From: an uncultured bacterium
GTDB taxonomy: Bacteria > Chloroflexota > UBA5177 > JANWHV01
Length of the DNA: 64,000 nucleotides
Reading direction: 5' to 3'
Assembly: GCA_963827235.1 (NCBI GenBank)
Contig: CAWHAE010000012.1
Location: 32,001-96,000 of the forward strand
Position 1 is the first letter of the stretch. Every line of letters begins with the position of its first letter. Positions 31,462 through 42,207 of the stretch are shown piece by piece. A program made the translations under genes and the position numbers. A model generated the notes under the pieces. It saw nothing but the letters and a program-made list of their open reading frames with translations. It was not told the DNA's origin and ran no database searches.

Positions 31462-34400
31462 ATGGAAACGGCGCAGCCGGAAGACACCGGTAGGCCACCC
31501 AGCTTCGCGGAGCTGCTGCGGCAGTACCGTACCGCAGCCGGCTTCACGCAGGAGGAGCTTGCCGACCGTGCCGGCCTGAGTCTGCGCGGCGTGCTCTATC
31601 TGGAACGCGGCGGCCGGCAGCCCTATCGGGATACCATCCGGCGCCTTGCCGATGCGCTGGCGCTCACCGAGGACGACCGTGCCGCCCTGCTGGCGGCGGC
31701 TCGCCGCCACAGCGGAGGCGATGCCGGCAGTCGCACCGAAGCAGACCGGCTGCCGCCAGAGGATGAGCTGGAGGTGGCGCAGCCCGGGTGGGTCTACGTG
31801 GCCTATGCCCAGGGCGATCGCGGGCGGGTTGAGCGGCTGCGAGGCGACCTGCAGCGACGCGGCGTCACCACCTGGGTGGACCAGGACGACCTGCCGGCCG
31901 GAACGCCAAGCTGGGAACAGGCACTTCGCGAGGCTATTCGCGGCGCGCCGGCGGTGCTGCTCGTCGCTTCCTCGCACACGCGCTCCTCGCGCTATGTGGC
32001 CGATGAGCTGCGCATCGCCGAGCTATATGGGCGGCGCGTCTGCCCGCTCTGGGTCGAGGGCGAGCAGTGGATGGAGTGCGTGCCCCTGGGCTGGGGTGGC
32101 TTGCAGTACCTCGACGCGCGGGGCGATGGCTACGAGGCGGCGCTCGACGCGCTGGCGACGGAGGTGCCGCATCACCGGGACCAGCAGGTGGCGGGTAGCG
32201 CGCCGGCACCCGCTTCGCCGCCGGCCGCGGGCGAGCCGCGGAATCCCTACAAGGGCCTGCGCCCCTTCACCGGGGCGGACGCTGGCGACTTCTTCGGCCG
32301 CGAGCGGCTGGTGGGGACGCTGCTGGCGGTGTTGCCGGCGGCGGGAAGCGACGCGCCGCGCTTCCTGGCGCTGGTGGGGGCCAGCGGCTCGGGCAAGTCG
32401 AGCGTGGTGCTGGCGGGCTTGCTGCCGCGGCTGCAGGCCGGGGCGCTGCCGGGAAGCGCCGCGTGGGTCTATCTGCCGCCGATCACGCCGGGGGCGCAGC
32501 CGCTGGATGCGCTGGCCCAGACCCTGTGCGCCGCGCTGTCCGAGCCTGTCGATGTGTTGAGCACCCGCGGCACGCTGGCGGAGGAGCCGGACGGGCTGCA
32601 CCGACTGGCGCGGCGACTGGTGACCAGGCCGGAACAGCGCGTGGTGCTGGTACTCGACCAGGGCGAGGAGCTGTTCGCGGCGGCGGTGGCGGAGGAAGAA
32701 CGGCGGTGTTTCGTCGACCTGCTGGTGACGGCGGCCACCGCGCCGGGTGGACCCTTGCTCGTGGTGCTGACCCTGCGCGCCGACTTCTATGACCGGCCCC
32801 TCCGCTACCCCGCCCTGGGCGCCCTGCTGCAGGCGCACGACGTCGCGGTGCTGGCGCCGACCGCGGCCGACCTGCGGCAGGCGATCGAGGGACCGGCGGC
32901 GTTGCCGGACGTGCAGGTGACCTTCGACGAGGACCTGGTGGGCGACTTGTTATTCGACCTGCGCGGCCAGGCCGGGGCGCTGCCTTTGCTGCAGTTCACG
33001 CTGGATCAGCTGTTCGCGCGCCGCGAGGGGAAGCGGTTGAGCGGAGCGGCCTATCGGGCGCTGGGTGGCGTGCGCGGCGCGCTGAGCCGGCACGCCGAGG
33101 CCACGTACGCCGCGCTGCCGAGCGAAGAGCATCGGACGCTGGTGCGCGCGCTGTTCCTGCGGCTGATCGACCCCGGCGAGAGCGAGCAAGACACGACGCG
33201 ACGCCGCGCCACGATGGGCGAATTCCTCCTGCCCGATCAGGCGCAGAGCGATTGCTTGCAGGACGTCATCCAGGCGTTCATCGGGGCGCGGCTGCTGGTA
33301 ACACAGCGCTCGACGCTTGGGAGGAAGGGTGGGCCGGAGACCACGGTCGAAGTGAGCCACGAGGCGTTGATTCGCGAGTGGCCGCGGCTGGCCGGCTGGC
33401 TGCGCGAGGCACGCGAGGATGTGCGCATGCAACAGGCGATCAGCGCGGATGCCGCAGCCTGGGCGCATCACGGGCAGCCGGCGGACCGCCTCTACCGCGG
33501 CTCGCTGCTGCTGGAGGCGGAGGCCTGGGCCGCGCGCAACACGCCGAGCGCCCAGGAGGCGGCCTTCCTCGCAGCGGCACGGCTCGACCGCGACCTGCAG
33601 GCACTGGAAGAGCGTGAGCGGCAGGCAGGGCAGCTGGCGCTGACACAAGACGCACTGGCGGCGAACCGGCGGGCAGGTAGTCGGCTCCGCTGGCTCGTGG
33701 GGATCCTGGCCCTCTTCCTGATGGTGGCGGCAGGCTTGAGCATCGTTGCGGTGTGGAGCGCCTTGCAGGCGCGCCAGGCGGAGTCACGCGCCCAGCAGAA
33801 CCAGCGCAGCGCCGAGGCCGCCGCCACCGCGGCGTCCGTTGCCCGCGTCGCCCTCAGCGAGAAGGATCTCGCGCTCTCGGCCTCACTGGCGGCGCAGGCC
33901 GTCAAGCAGCTTGGTAAGCAGGAGGACCTGGCACTGCTGCTAGGCGTGGAGGCGGAGCGCACGGCCAATACGGTCGAGGCGCGCGGGGCGCTGCTGGCCA
34001 GTCTGGAGAACGTGCCACCCTGCCTGGTCCGTTTCCTCGGCGGGCACAGCGGCAGCGTGCGGGCGCTGGCGTTCAGCCCCGACGGCACTCTGCTGGCCTC
34101 GGGCGGCGACGACGGCACCGTCCGGCTCTGGGATGCGGCGGGTGGGCGGGCGCTCGGCTCGCCGCTGCGCGCGGGTGCGGTGAACAGCGTGGCCTTCAGT
34201 CCGGACGGGTGGCTGCTCGCCGCGGGCAGTGCAGACGGCGCGGTGCAGCTGTGGCGGCGCACCGGATCGGGTACCCGGTGGGCGCCCTGGGGCGGGCCGC
34301 TGCGGCGCCAGCAGGACCAGGTACGGGTGGTCGCCTTCAGCGCGGACGGCAGGCTGCTGGCCTCGAGCAGCTGGGACGGTAGCATCTGGCTATGGGACCT

Positions 34401-35947
34401 GAGCGGCGCCACGCCACGCGGCGCCGCGCTGACCGCCCATGCCGCCTACTCGGGCGCGCTGGCCATCAGCCCGAGGGGGAACGTGCTGGCAGCTGCCGGC
34501 GGGCTCGACGACGAGACGGTCCAGCTCTGGGATATGAGCGGACGGCGACCGCTGGGCGCGGCGCTCACCGGGCCGTGGGACACGGTGGAGCAGCTGGCGT
34601 TCAGCCCGAACGGCCAAACGCTGGCCGCGAGTGCCGGGGACGGCACGGTCTGGCTCTGGGACATGCGGCGACGGCAGCAGCAAGGCGTGCTGCTGACTAC
34701 CGGGAGTGCCGCTGCGAATGCGCTGGCCTTCAGCGGCGACGGCACCACGCTGGCAGTGGCGAGCGGCGACCGGACGCTGCTCTGGGACGTCGCGACGCGC
34801 CGGCCACGGGGAGGGCCGCTGTCAGCCCATGCCGGCGCCATCTACGGCGTGGCCTTCAGCCCCAACGGCAGCGAACTGGCCACGGCCGGCGCCGGCGATG
34901 CTATTCAGGTCTGGGATGTCGCGCCGGGCGCCGGCCAGGACAATCCACTGGCGACCACATTCAACGCGCCAAACGGAATCACGAGTGTGGCGCTGGCACC
35001 CACCGGCAGCACCATCGCGGTCGGTGACGAAGCAGGCCGCGTGCAGCTCTGGGATGGTGCGCATGGCCGGGCGATCGGCGTCCTGTCCGGCGGGCACGCG
35101 AGCAGCATCATCGGGGTGGCGTTCACCCCGGATGGCAACCTGCTGGCGGCCGCCGATGCGAGCGGGCCCATTCAGCTCTGGGACATGGCGCAGAGACGGC
35201 CATTCGGCGCGCCGCTGGATGCGCATGCGTTGGCTCTGCAGAGCATGGCCATGAGCCCCGACGGCAGGCTCCTCGCCGCGGGCTACGCCGACTTCACGAT
35301 CCGCCTGTGGGACGTGGCGTCGCGCCGGCAGATCGGATCGCCGCTGGCCAGCAAGTACGGTGATGTCTCTGCACTCGCCTTCAGTCCAAACGGCAAGATC
35401 CTGGCGTCCGGCAGCTTTGGCGCCGTCGTGCAGCTCTGGGACGTCGCCACGCGCCGACCGCGAGGCACACCGCTCCTCGGCCACGGCGACGCCGTGTTCG
35501 GCCTGGCCTTCAGTCCCGACGGCACGCTCCTCGCCTCGGCAAGCCTCGATCGGACGGTCCGGCTGTGGGATGTGGCGCTCGACCGCCCATCTGGCGCTCC
35601 CCTGCGTGGCCACACCGGCGACGTGTGGAGCGTAGCCTTCAGTGCGGATGGGAGCATGCTGGCTTCGGGCAGCGCCGACGGCACCGTCCGGCTCTGGAGC
35701 GTGGCCTATCGCCGGCAGACTCGGCCCGTCGCTGGTGATCGGCACCATGCTCACGGGTCTCACCTTCAACCGCGCCGGCACGCTGCTGGCGGTGGGCAGT
35801 GCCGGCGGGGTGCGGCTGTGGGACGTCAGCGTGCCGTCCTGGCTACAACGTGCGTGCGCCATCGCCAACCGGAGCCTGACGCTCCAGGAATGGCAGACCT
35901 ACCTGGGCAGCGCGCCCTATCACGCGACCTGTCCCGCCGGTCGTTGA
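31462..35947 (+). CDS. XRE-HTH + TIR + STAND (nSTAND1-like) ATPase + TM + WD40 protein; frameshift near 35719
   Basis: TQEELADRAGLS, TIR (VYVAYA..SRYVADE), NPYKGL..FFGRE, GASGSGKS, LDQGEE, HEALIREW, >12 WD repeats; ACAIANRSLT..EW..Y..TCP end lies in another frame. Confidence 0.88.
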
Positions 35948-36031
35948 GGGATCCGCGCCCCAGGGCCCGGCACCGGCAGGCGGTGCGCGAGGCCCTGGGG
36001 CGGTCTGTGAGTAGCGCCAGAAACACGCTGC

Positions 36032-36717
36032 TCAGCGGCGAATCGTGAGGTGGTACGTGACGTCTCTGGCCCACGAGTTGGAGGGCCAGACCGAAAGCGC
36101 AGGTCGAGCGCGTGCCGTCCCGCTGCCAGCGGAGCGAGCATGACGAGGAGGCCGTCTGCCACCGACTTGGTGGTCCCAGGCCCAGGCACGCCCAGCACGT
36201 TGTCGGCGGGATACGCAAAAGTGAAGAGAGGAGTCGTGAACCGGTACCGGGTGAGCAGGTTCGTGAGGTGCACCCCATCCACCGTGACGTCAGCTTCTGT
36301 CACCGATCCAATGCTTGGCGCAGCTGCGCAGTGCCGCGAAGGTGTTGCCGTTTCCTTGCGCGGTCGAACACTCCCAGAGCCGGCGCGATGAGGAGCGCCT
36401 TGCCGGCGGGCACCGTGCAGGCCCGGATATCGGCGCCGCCCATCATGTCCGGTCGAGGTACCAGACCGGGCCGGACTGGCCCACGGCGCAGTGCGCACCG
36501 GTGTGGTCCAGCATGGGGTTCTCCGGTGCGGGTATAGCCATCCACCACTGGACGAGCCGGACGTGCCATTCGCTGTACGAGTGGCCGTAGGGGTGCGCCT
36601 GGGGTGGGAACACGCTGAGGCTGTGCGCTTCCCGCCTGGGCGGCAGGCGCCGGTGCCAGTGGCGAGGACGGCGAGCATGACTACCAGCAACGCGACCAGC
36701 TTCCTCGTGCTTTGCAT
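36032..36717 (-). pseudogene. Frameshifted copy of the 'PPQxHPYG' secreted family (P family)
   Basis: Homologous to 47096-48525 genes across several frames; same MQSTRKLVALL start and 3' flank. Confidence 0.8.
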
Positions 36718-37002
36718 GTCTTTCTCCTTCCTGCATGGCGCCGGGCACAAGAAACCCGGCGCACGATCCATACCATCGTGGCCGGGTTCACCAGTTGCTC
36801 GCCGCAGTCCAGGGGTGGCCAGACAGGAGCAGGCGTCGGCAGGAGAGGAGCGGCCTCGCCGCTCGCGGTGCTTGAGGCGTCAGACCCTTTCTCGGGCTGC
36901 AGGTCAGCGCATCCACTTCGACCCGATTATAGGCCCGCATGTGCGCCCTGCCCATGAACAGCGCAGCGCACACTAGCGTGCACAGTTGCCGGAGCGACCA
37001 CG
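36718..37002 (-). promoter_or_regulatory. Element A copy 1: ACAGT boxes, promoter, uORF, hairpin, SD
   Basis: TATAAT 36931-36926, TGGGCA 17 nt upstream; highly similar to three other copies. Confidence 0.8.
36788..36916 (-). CDS. Putative 42-aa leader peptide (A1)
   Basis: MDALTCSPRKGLTPQAPRAARPLLSCRRLLLSGHPWTAASNW; GTG 9 nt after the -10 box. Confidence 0.5.
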   Translation of the reverse strand: MDALTCSPRKGLTPQAPRAARPLLSCRRLLLSGHPWTAASNW

Positions 37003-37028
37003 TTAGGCTCCAGACAGCGCCCGTACCA

Positions 37029-38042
37029 TCAGGAGGCGGTGGAGATGAACTGCGACGCGGCCTCCGAGCTGGGCGTCGACGTGCTGGATGGGACTCTACA
37101 AGTGCGGTCGGACGAACTGCCTGTCTCACGCCAGAGGTTGCCGTCCATCCCCAAAACGTATACGGTCGTGCTGTCCAGTGCCTGGAACCCACGGACGTTC
37201 GGGTCGACCAGTTTGCGACCAGAGTAATTGTCTGTCTCACGCCAGAGGTCGTAGTTGGTTCCCAAGACGTAGACGGTTGTGCGGTCCAACGCTTGGAACT
37301 GCCAGAGGTGCGCGTCGACCAGGGCTTCACGGGAGTGATTGCCTCTCTCACGCCAGAGCCTGTCATCGGTTCCCAAGACGTACACGGTTGCGCTATCCAG
37401 CGCCTGGAACTGCCAGACGTTGGCGTCGACTTGGGCGCGATTGGAGTAATTGCCTCTCTCACGCCAGAGTCTGGCGTCGGTTCCCAGGACGTAGACGGTC
37501 GTGCTGTCCAGCGCCTGGAACCTGGAGACGTGCGCGTCGACCAGGGTACGATGTGAGTAGCTGCCCATGTCACGCCAGAGCCTGTCATCGGTTCCCAGGA
37601 CGTAGACGATCGTGCTGTCCAGCGCCTGGAACTTGGCGACGTTCGCGTCGACCAGGGTGCGATGTGCGTCATTGCCGATCTCATGCCAGAGCTTGGCGTC
37701 GGTGCCCAGGACATAGACGGAGGTGTCGTCCAGCGCCTGGAACGTGGAGACGTTCGCGTCGACCAAGGCGCGAGACTGATTGCCTGTCGTCCGCCAAAGC
37801 TTGCCGTCGGTTCCCAGGACGTAGACGGTTGTGCCGTGCAGAGCCTGGAAGTGCTCGACGTTTGCGGCGGACTGGGTGCGATAGCCCGGGGTGCCTGAGT
37901 CGTGCCCGAGGTTACCGTTGCCGGTCAGGACGATCACCCGATGGTTCGTGAACATGCCGGCCTGCTGTGGGAGCGATGCGAGCTGACGTGACCCAAGTAT
38001 GCCGGCGCATACCAGGCCTATCAGCGCGGCAAGTACCTTCAT
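37029..38042 (-). CDS. Secreted 37-aa-repeat beta-propeller (lectin-like), copy 1
   Basis: Seven VDANV.FQALD.TTVYVLGTD..LWRE repeats after a signal peptide. Confidence 0.8.
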   Translation of the reverse strand: MKVLAALIGLVCAGILGSRQLASLPQQAGMFTNHRVIVLTGNGNLGHDSGTPGYRTQSAANVEHFQALHGTTVYVLGTDGKLWRTTGNQSRALVDANVSTFQALDDTSVYVLGTDAKLWHEIGNDAHRTLVDANVAKFQALDSTIVYVLGTDDRLWRDMGSYSHRTLVDAHVSRFQALDSTTVYVLGTDARLWRERGNYSNRAQVDANVWQFQALDSATVYVLGTDDRLWRERGNHSREALVDAHLWQFQALDRTTVYVLGTNYDLWRETDNYSGRKLVDPNVRGFQALDSTTVYVLGMDGNLWRETGSSSDRTCRVPSSTSTPSSEAASQFISTAS

Positions 38043-38199
38043 CGGAATTCCTTTCTCGTGCTCGAACGTGATTTGTCCTTTCTCCGTACCTGCTGACCTT
38101 GCGCCGGAGTCCCCTTACCCATGTATCCCCCGTCTCCTGAGCACACAGAGCGCAGTCGCTGCTCCTCACCAAGCTGGGTCACACCCAGTGATAGCCGAC

Positions 38200-39495
38200 C
38201 TATTTCTTCGTCACGAAGCGTCGAGGCCGTCGTGCAAGGCGCTCATGAGCACGCGCGTAACTACCGTCACTCACCGAGGCGTTGAGCGATAGCTCTCCAG
38301 CCAGACAGAGTGCCGCACAGAGGTTGGCAAACATACCCGCGTTACCAGCTCCGGCAAGTCCCAGGAGCTTCAGGCATGCAAACTGGCTGGGCAACTGTGT
38401 GCCACCTCCAACAGTGCCTACCGGCACATTGGGCAGCGTCACCGATGCATAGAGATTGCCGTGCGGTGTAAGCTCCATCCGAGTGATGCCGACAGCAGCT
38501 TCCGCTACACAGGCCACGTCCTGGCCGCATGCCATGAACAGCGCTGCGAGCGCATTCGCATAGTGTCCCTCGATGCCCATGGCACCGGAGAGGCTGCTAC
38601 CGATCGCAACCAGGCGCCACAACTTCTCCATCCGCTCAGGCGAGGTATGCAACCGCTCCCGAACCAGCTCGGCGGGCAGCTCCACCTCAGCCGTGACTCG
38701 TTTGCCTCGAACCGTGCTAAATGCCTGATAGCTTGCCTTCTTATCGCCAGACAGGGTGCTCTCGAGAAAGCAGTCTTGGGGGTGAATGGGGCTGTTAGCG
38801 AGAATATAGTTGACGATCGCCGCCGTAGCTATCGTAACCATGTTTTGCCCGGCAGCATCGCCGGTCGTGAAGGCGAAGATGAGGTGGACGTGGTTACCTT
38901 CGGGGACGGCGCGCAGGTTCTCCAGCCTGCCATGATGCGTGGTACGTGCAGCCTCCTTCTGAAACTGCATGAACTGCTGTTCCAGCCAAGACTGAAAGAG
39001 CGCGCCATCGTGGAGGCTACGGAAGAAGAAGCATGGTGCGCGGAGCATGCCGTCTGCGACCACCCTGGCCCTGCACCCACCGGCCTCGGTGATCACTTGA
39101 GCACCCCGGTCTAGGGAGGCAACCAGTGCCGCCTCAGTGGTGGCGAGCGGCACCATGAAGTCCCGCCCATTGACTCGGAGAGGGCCGGCCTTGCCTAGAG
39201 GTATCCGGGCCTCCCCGATGAAGTTTTCGATGTTGGCATTGTAGAGGGTCATGCGTTCCTGCGCTGGAGCGTCCAACAAGATGTCACGTGCCGGCGCGGC
39301 TGCAGGGTGCACTGTGGCAATGTGCTGCCATAGCCGCGCGACACTTCGAGTTGTGGCAGCTGGACAGAGACGAAGCATCGGCGGGTCAGGCGCCGGCGCT
39401 AAGGGCATCAACGCGCCAAGGCCTGCATCATCAAGCGACTGGCTACAACCCGAAGATTGACACTGTTCACTTTCCCGATTTGGATTCGCGATCAT
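38200..39495 (-). CDS. Hydroxymethylglutaryl-CoA reductase, class I-like
   Basis: ENFIG, PLATTE, DAAGQNM, DKK, GQD, GTVGGGT, C-terminal H. Confidence 0.9.
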   Translation of the reverse strand: MIANPNRESEQCQSSGCSQSLDDAGLGALMPLAPAPDPPMLRLCPAATTRSVARLWQHIATVHPAAAPARDILLDAPAQERMTLYNANIENFIGEARIPLGKAGPLRVNGRDFMVPLATTEAALVASLDRGAQVITEAGGCRARVVADGMLRAPCFFFRSLHDGALFQSWLEQQFMQFQKEAARTTHHGRLENLRAVPEGNHVHLIFAFTTGDAAGQNMVTIATAAIVNYILANSPIHPQDCFLESTLSGDKKASYQAFSTVRGKRVTAEVELPAELVRERLHTSPERMEKLWRLVAIGSSLSGAMGIEGHYANALAALFMACGQDVACVAEAAVGITRMELTPHGNLYASVTLPNVPVGTVGGGTQLPSQFACLKLLGLAGAGNAGMFANLCAALCLAGELSLNASVSDGSYARAHERLARRPRRFVTKK

Positions 39496-39578
39496 TGGCT
39501 TCTCCCGCCTGAACAAGACGGCCAACAGGCCTCCGAGGGCAAGCGCATCCCTGAAAAGGCGCTGCGTCTGCCGAACAC

Positions 39579-40006
39579 CGAACTCCGTGCGGAGCGGGTG
39601 ACATTGACGAGAGCATCAGCGCTACGGCGATCACCGCGGCCATCACGGGCACGAACAGGTAGACCATGGCTGGTATCTCCGAGCACCCGTCGAGCTATCT
39701 CACGTCTCGGTGAGCGGCGGCACATCAGCCAGGCCGTGAGATGCCGCCTACGCACCGTGCGTCGATCTGCAGGGCCCATAGTAGGTTCACCCGCGCTCAC
39801 CGGAACAGCGCAAACACTATCAAATACTGTCAATCCGGTTGGTGGAGCTCGAGGAGGGATCCAACTGACCTCCGTGCCCAGAGCGCGACAGCCCGCACCG
39901 TCTGCCCGGGACGACCTCCGGCCGGTCCTTCCTGCGGCTCAAGCCGTGCGGGAGTTGCCCGCCGCCACTCCCCAGCTGATTGGCTCCGTCAACTGCCGGG
40001 TCGCGT
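39579..40006 (-). repeat. Block C copy 1 (regulatory region and small membrane-peptide ORF starting at 39667)
   Basis: 428 bp, nearly identical to 46194-46621. Confidence 0.9.
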
Positions 40007-40163
40007 GCTCGCGTGGGTTGCAGCAGCATGCCGGATTCTCCAGTCGAGCAGAGCAGACACGCAGCCAACAGGCGCGTCGAGCAAGGGCTTTCGCCCGACG
40101 CGGGGAAGGCTCGGACCGGCGCGGTGCCAGCGCACGTCTGTGTAGCGCGGCGCTGCCCCCGGG

Positions 40164-40649
40164 TTACCGGGCAATCTGCATGGGGCGGGACTTCGGATTC
40201 AGTTCCTCCTGGCTGGGGAGCACGCCGAGCTGCTGGAACGCGCCCAACCTATCCCACAACGACCGTACTTCCACGACTTTGCCGCCGGCGAAGCGGAGAA
40301 TAGAGAATGAGGTCCAATGTACGCTCTTGCCTGTGGGGGCGAGATCCAGGAACCCAGCGCCGGCATGTGTGCCGCGGAACGTTTCGCACAGCACCGCGAT
40401 GTCGCCTTCTGCCGTCAGCTCTTCGATCGTAAACATGCCGTCGGGAAAGGCAGCGCGACCCGTTGGGAAAGCTTCTTTCATGGCCCGAGTGCCTGTCGCG
40501 GTGCCAATAGAGCTTGGAACCCGCGGGTCAGGCCACAGGGCGATCTCCTTGAAGTCGGGGGCGAAGACATCGTCGACGACATCCACGTTGCCTCGGTTGA
40601 TCTCCTCCACGAAACGGCGAATCAAAGCCTTGTTGTCTTCTGCTGACAT
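40164..40649 (-). CDS. SnoaL-like ester cyclase
   Basis: NKALIRRF, AFPD, EGD, GTH, PTGK, WD.LG..QQLG. Confidence 0.88.
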   Translation of the reverse strand: MSAEDNKALIRRFVEEINRGNVDVVDDVFAPDFKEIALWPDPRVPSSIGTATGTRAMKEAFPTGRAAFPDGMFTIEELTAEGDIAVLCETFRGTHAGAGFLDLAPTGKSVHWTSFSILRFAGGKVVEVRSLWDRLGAFQQLGVLPSQEELNPKSRPMQIAR

Positions 40650-40767
40650 CGGCTGCTCTCCCATCGTCTGGACGCTTCCGGCCATGGACAAGGCTGATAG
40701 ATCTGGTTCTTCGGCGTAATCAATGCACGAGCACCAGCAACGCGACCAGCTTCCTCGTGCTTTGCAT

Positions 40768-41051
40768 GTCCTGCTCCTTCCTGAGCGGCGCCGGGCACAA
40801 GCAACCCGGCGCACGACCATGCCATCGTGGCCGGGTTCACCAGTTGCTCGCCGCAGTCCAGGGGTGACCAGACAGGAGCAGGCGTCGGCAAGAGAGGAGC
40901 GGCCTCGCCGCCCGCGGTGCTTGTGGCGTCAGACCCTTTCTCGGGCTGCAGGTCAGCGCATCCACTACGGCTCGATTATAGGGTCGCATGTGCAATCTGC
41001 CAATGAACAGTAGAGCGCACAGTAGCGTGCACAGTTGCCGGAGCGACCACG
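40768..41051 (-). promoter_or_regulatory. Element A copy 2 (uORF 40965-40837), followed by a 15-codon P-family stub
   Basis: TTGGCA-17-TATAAT (40980-40975); ACAGT at 41007/41019/41031. Confidence 0.8.
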
Positions 41052-41075
41052 ACAGACTCCAGGCAGCACCCGTAC

Positions 41076-41510
41076 CATCAGGAGGCGGTGGAGACGGTCC
41101 GCGACCCGGCCGGCGAGCTAAGCATCGACGTGCTTGATGGGCTGCAGTCGCTGCTGGACAAGAGCCTGCTGCGGCGGAAAGATGGACCGGGCCGGGAGCC
41201 GCGGCTGGTGCTGCTGGAGACGATACACGAGTATGCGCGGGAGAAGCTGGGGGCGAGCGGGGAGCAGGCGGCACTGCGGCACCGGCACCTCGCCTGGTGC
41301 CCAGCTCTGGCCGAAGACGCCCGGTCCGAGCTGGGCGGGCCGCGGCAGCTGGAATGGCTGGACCGGCTGGAGGTCGAGCACGACAATCTGCGGGGCGCGC
41401 TGAGCTGGGCGAAGGAGTCCGGGGCAGCTGACGAAGGGCTGCGGCTGGCGGGGGCCCTCTGGGGTTTCTGGTCTATTCGTGGCTACTTCGGCGAAGGGCG
41501 GCGCTGGTCG
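41076..41510 (+). pseudogene. Internal fragment of an ATPase/TPR (STAND-type) regulator
   Basis: LDGLQSLLDKSLL, LETIHEYA, WLDRLEVEHDNLRGAL, GYFGEGRRW; no N- or C-terminus. Confidence 0.8.
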
Positions 41511-41689
41511 TGGTGCTCGTACCCGCCCCGCAATCGGATGCTGCCCGAGCGCGCGAGGCTCTGACGCCAGTGCTCGGTCCCGTCGCCACGACCTGTCCAG
41601 TCAACCCGGCACCGACCAGCATCGATCCGTTCTTTGGCTCGGCGATCGGGATGCGACCGGTCTTGGCGCTTGGCTTCATGCGGTGCCGG

Positions 41690-42142
41690 CTAATGCCCAG
41701 TCGTGAAGTCGATCGCGGCGCCGGCAGCATCCTCGGGGCCGTGCGCAACGGATACGACCAGCATGAATTTGGTTTGGGGATTGAGCAGCGCCAAGGGCGC
41801 TGTCGTAACGGTGAAGGTAGCCGGATCGTACATGATAGGCATAGTCATCAGGCCGGCACCGCGCTTCGAGAGCTCGTAGAGTCTCGCGTCAATCTGATCG
41901 CCGATTGGTGCAATGGATGTGGTAACGCGAATGACCAGATCGATTGGCACGCCGACTGCCCCGTCCGCAGGGACTATTCTGGTGATGCGTATCCTGCCCG
42001 GGTGCTCGTGCCCGCTGGCGTTGGAGTCTGCATTCCTGAACGCAAGGTAGCTCGCGGCGACAGGCGGATGCGAGATGCCGGCCGAAGCCATGGCACTGAG
42101 GAGAGCAAATGTGGCAAGCTGCCGGGAAAGGTGATAGCTCAT
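41690..42142 (-). CDS. Secreted Ig-like (Big_5-like) domain protein
   Basis: Signal peptide; PADGAVGVP..., FTT end. Confidence 0.6.
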   Translation of the reverse strand: MSYHLSRQLATFALLSAMASAGISHPPVAASYLAFRNADSNASGHEHPGRIRITRIVPADGAVGVPIDLVIRVTTSIAPIGDQIDARLYELSKRGAGLMTMPIMYDPATFTVTTAPLALLNPQTKFMLVVSVAHGPEDAAGAAIDFTTGH

Positions 42143-42207
42143 CGTACATTCCTTTACGGTGTTCGCATGTCCGCGGCAACGGAGGCGTGCCCTGTCTCGC
42201 CGTGCCA

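Noticed and set aside
35719-36048. ORF-track C-terminus of the 1536-aa protein
   Set aside because: Out-of-frame read-through; the homologous end is in the frame stopping at 35947.
36718-37002. Element A as a known riboswitch (c-di-AMP, c-di-GMP, T-box) or a MITE/IS
   Set aside because: No consensus motifs that I recognise, no terminal inverted repeats or target duplications; an Rfam scan is still needed.
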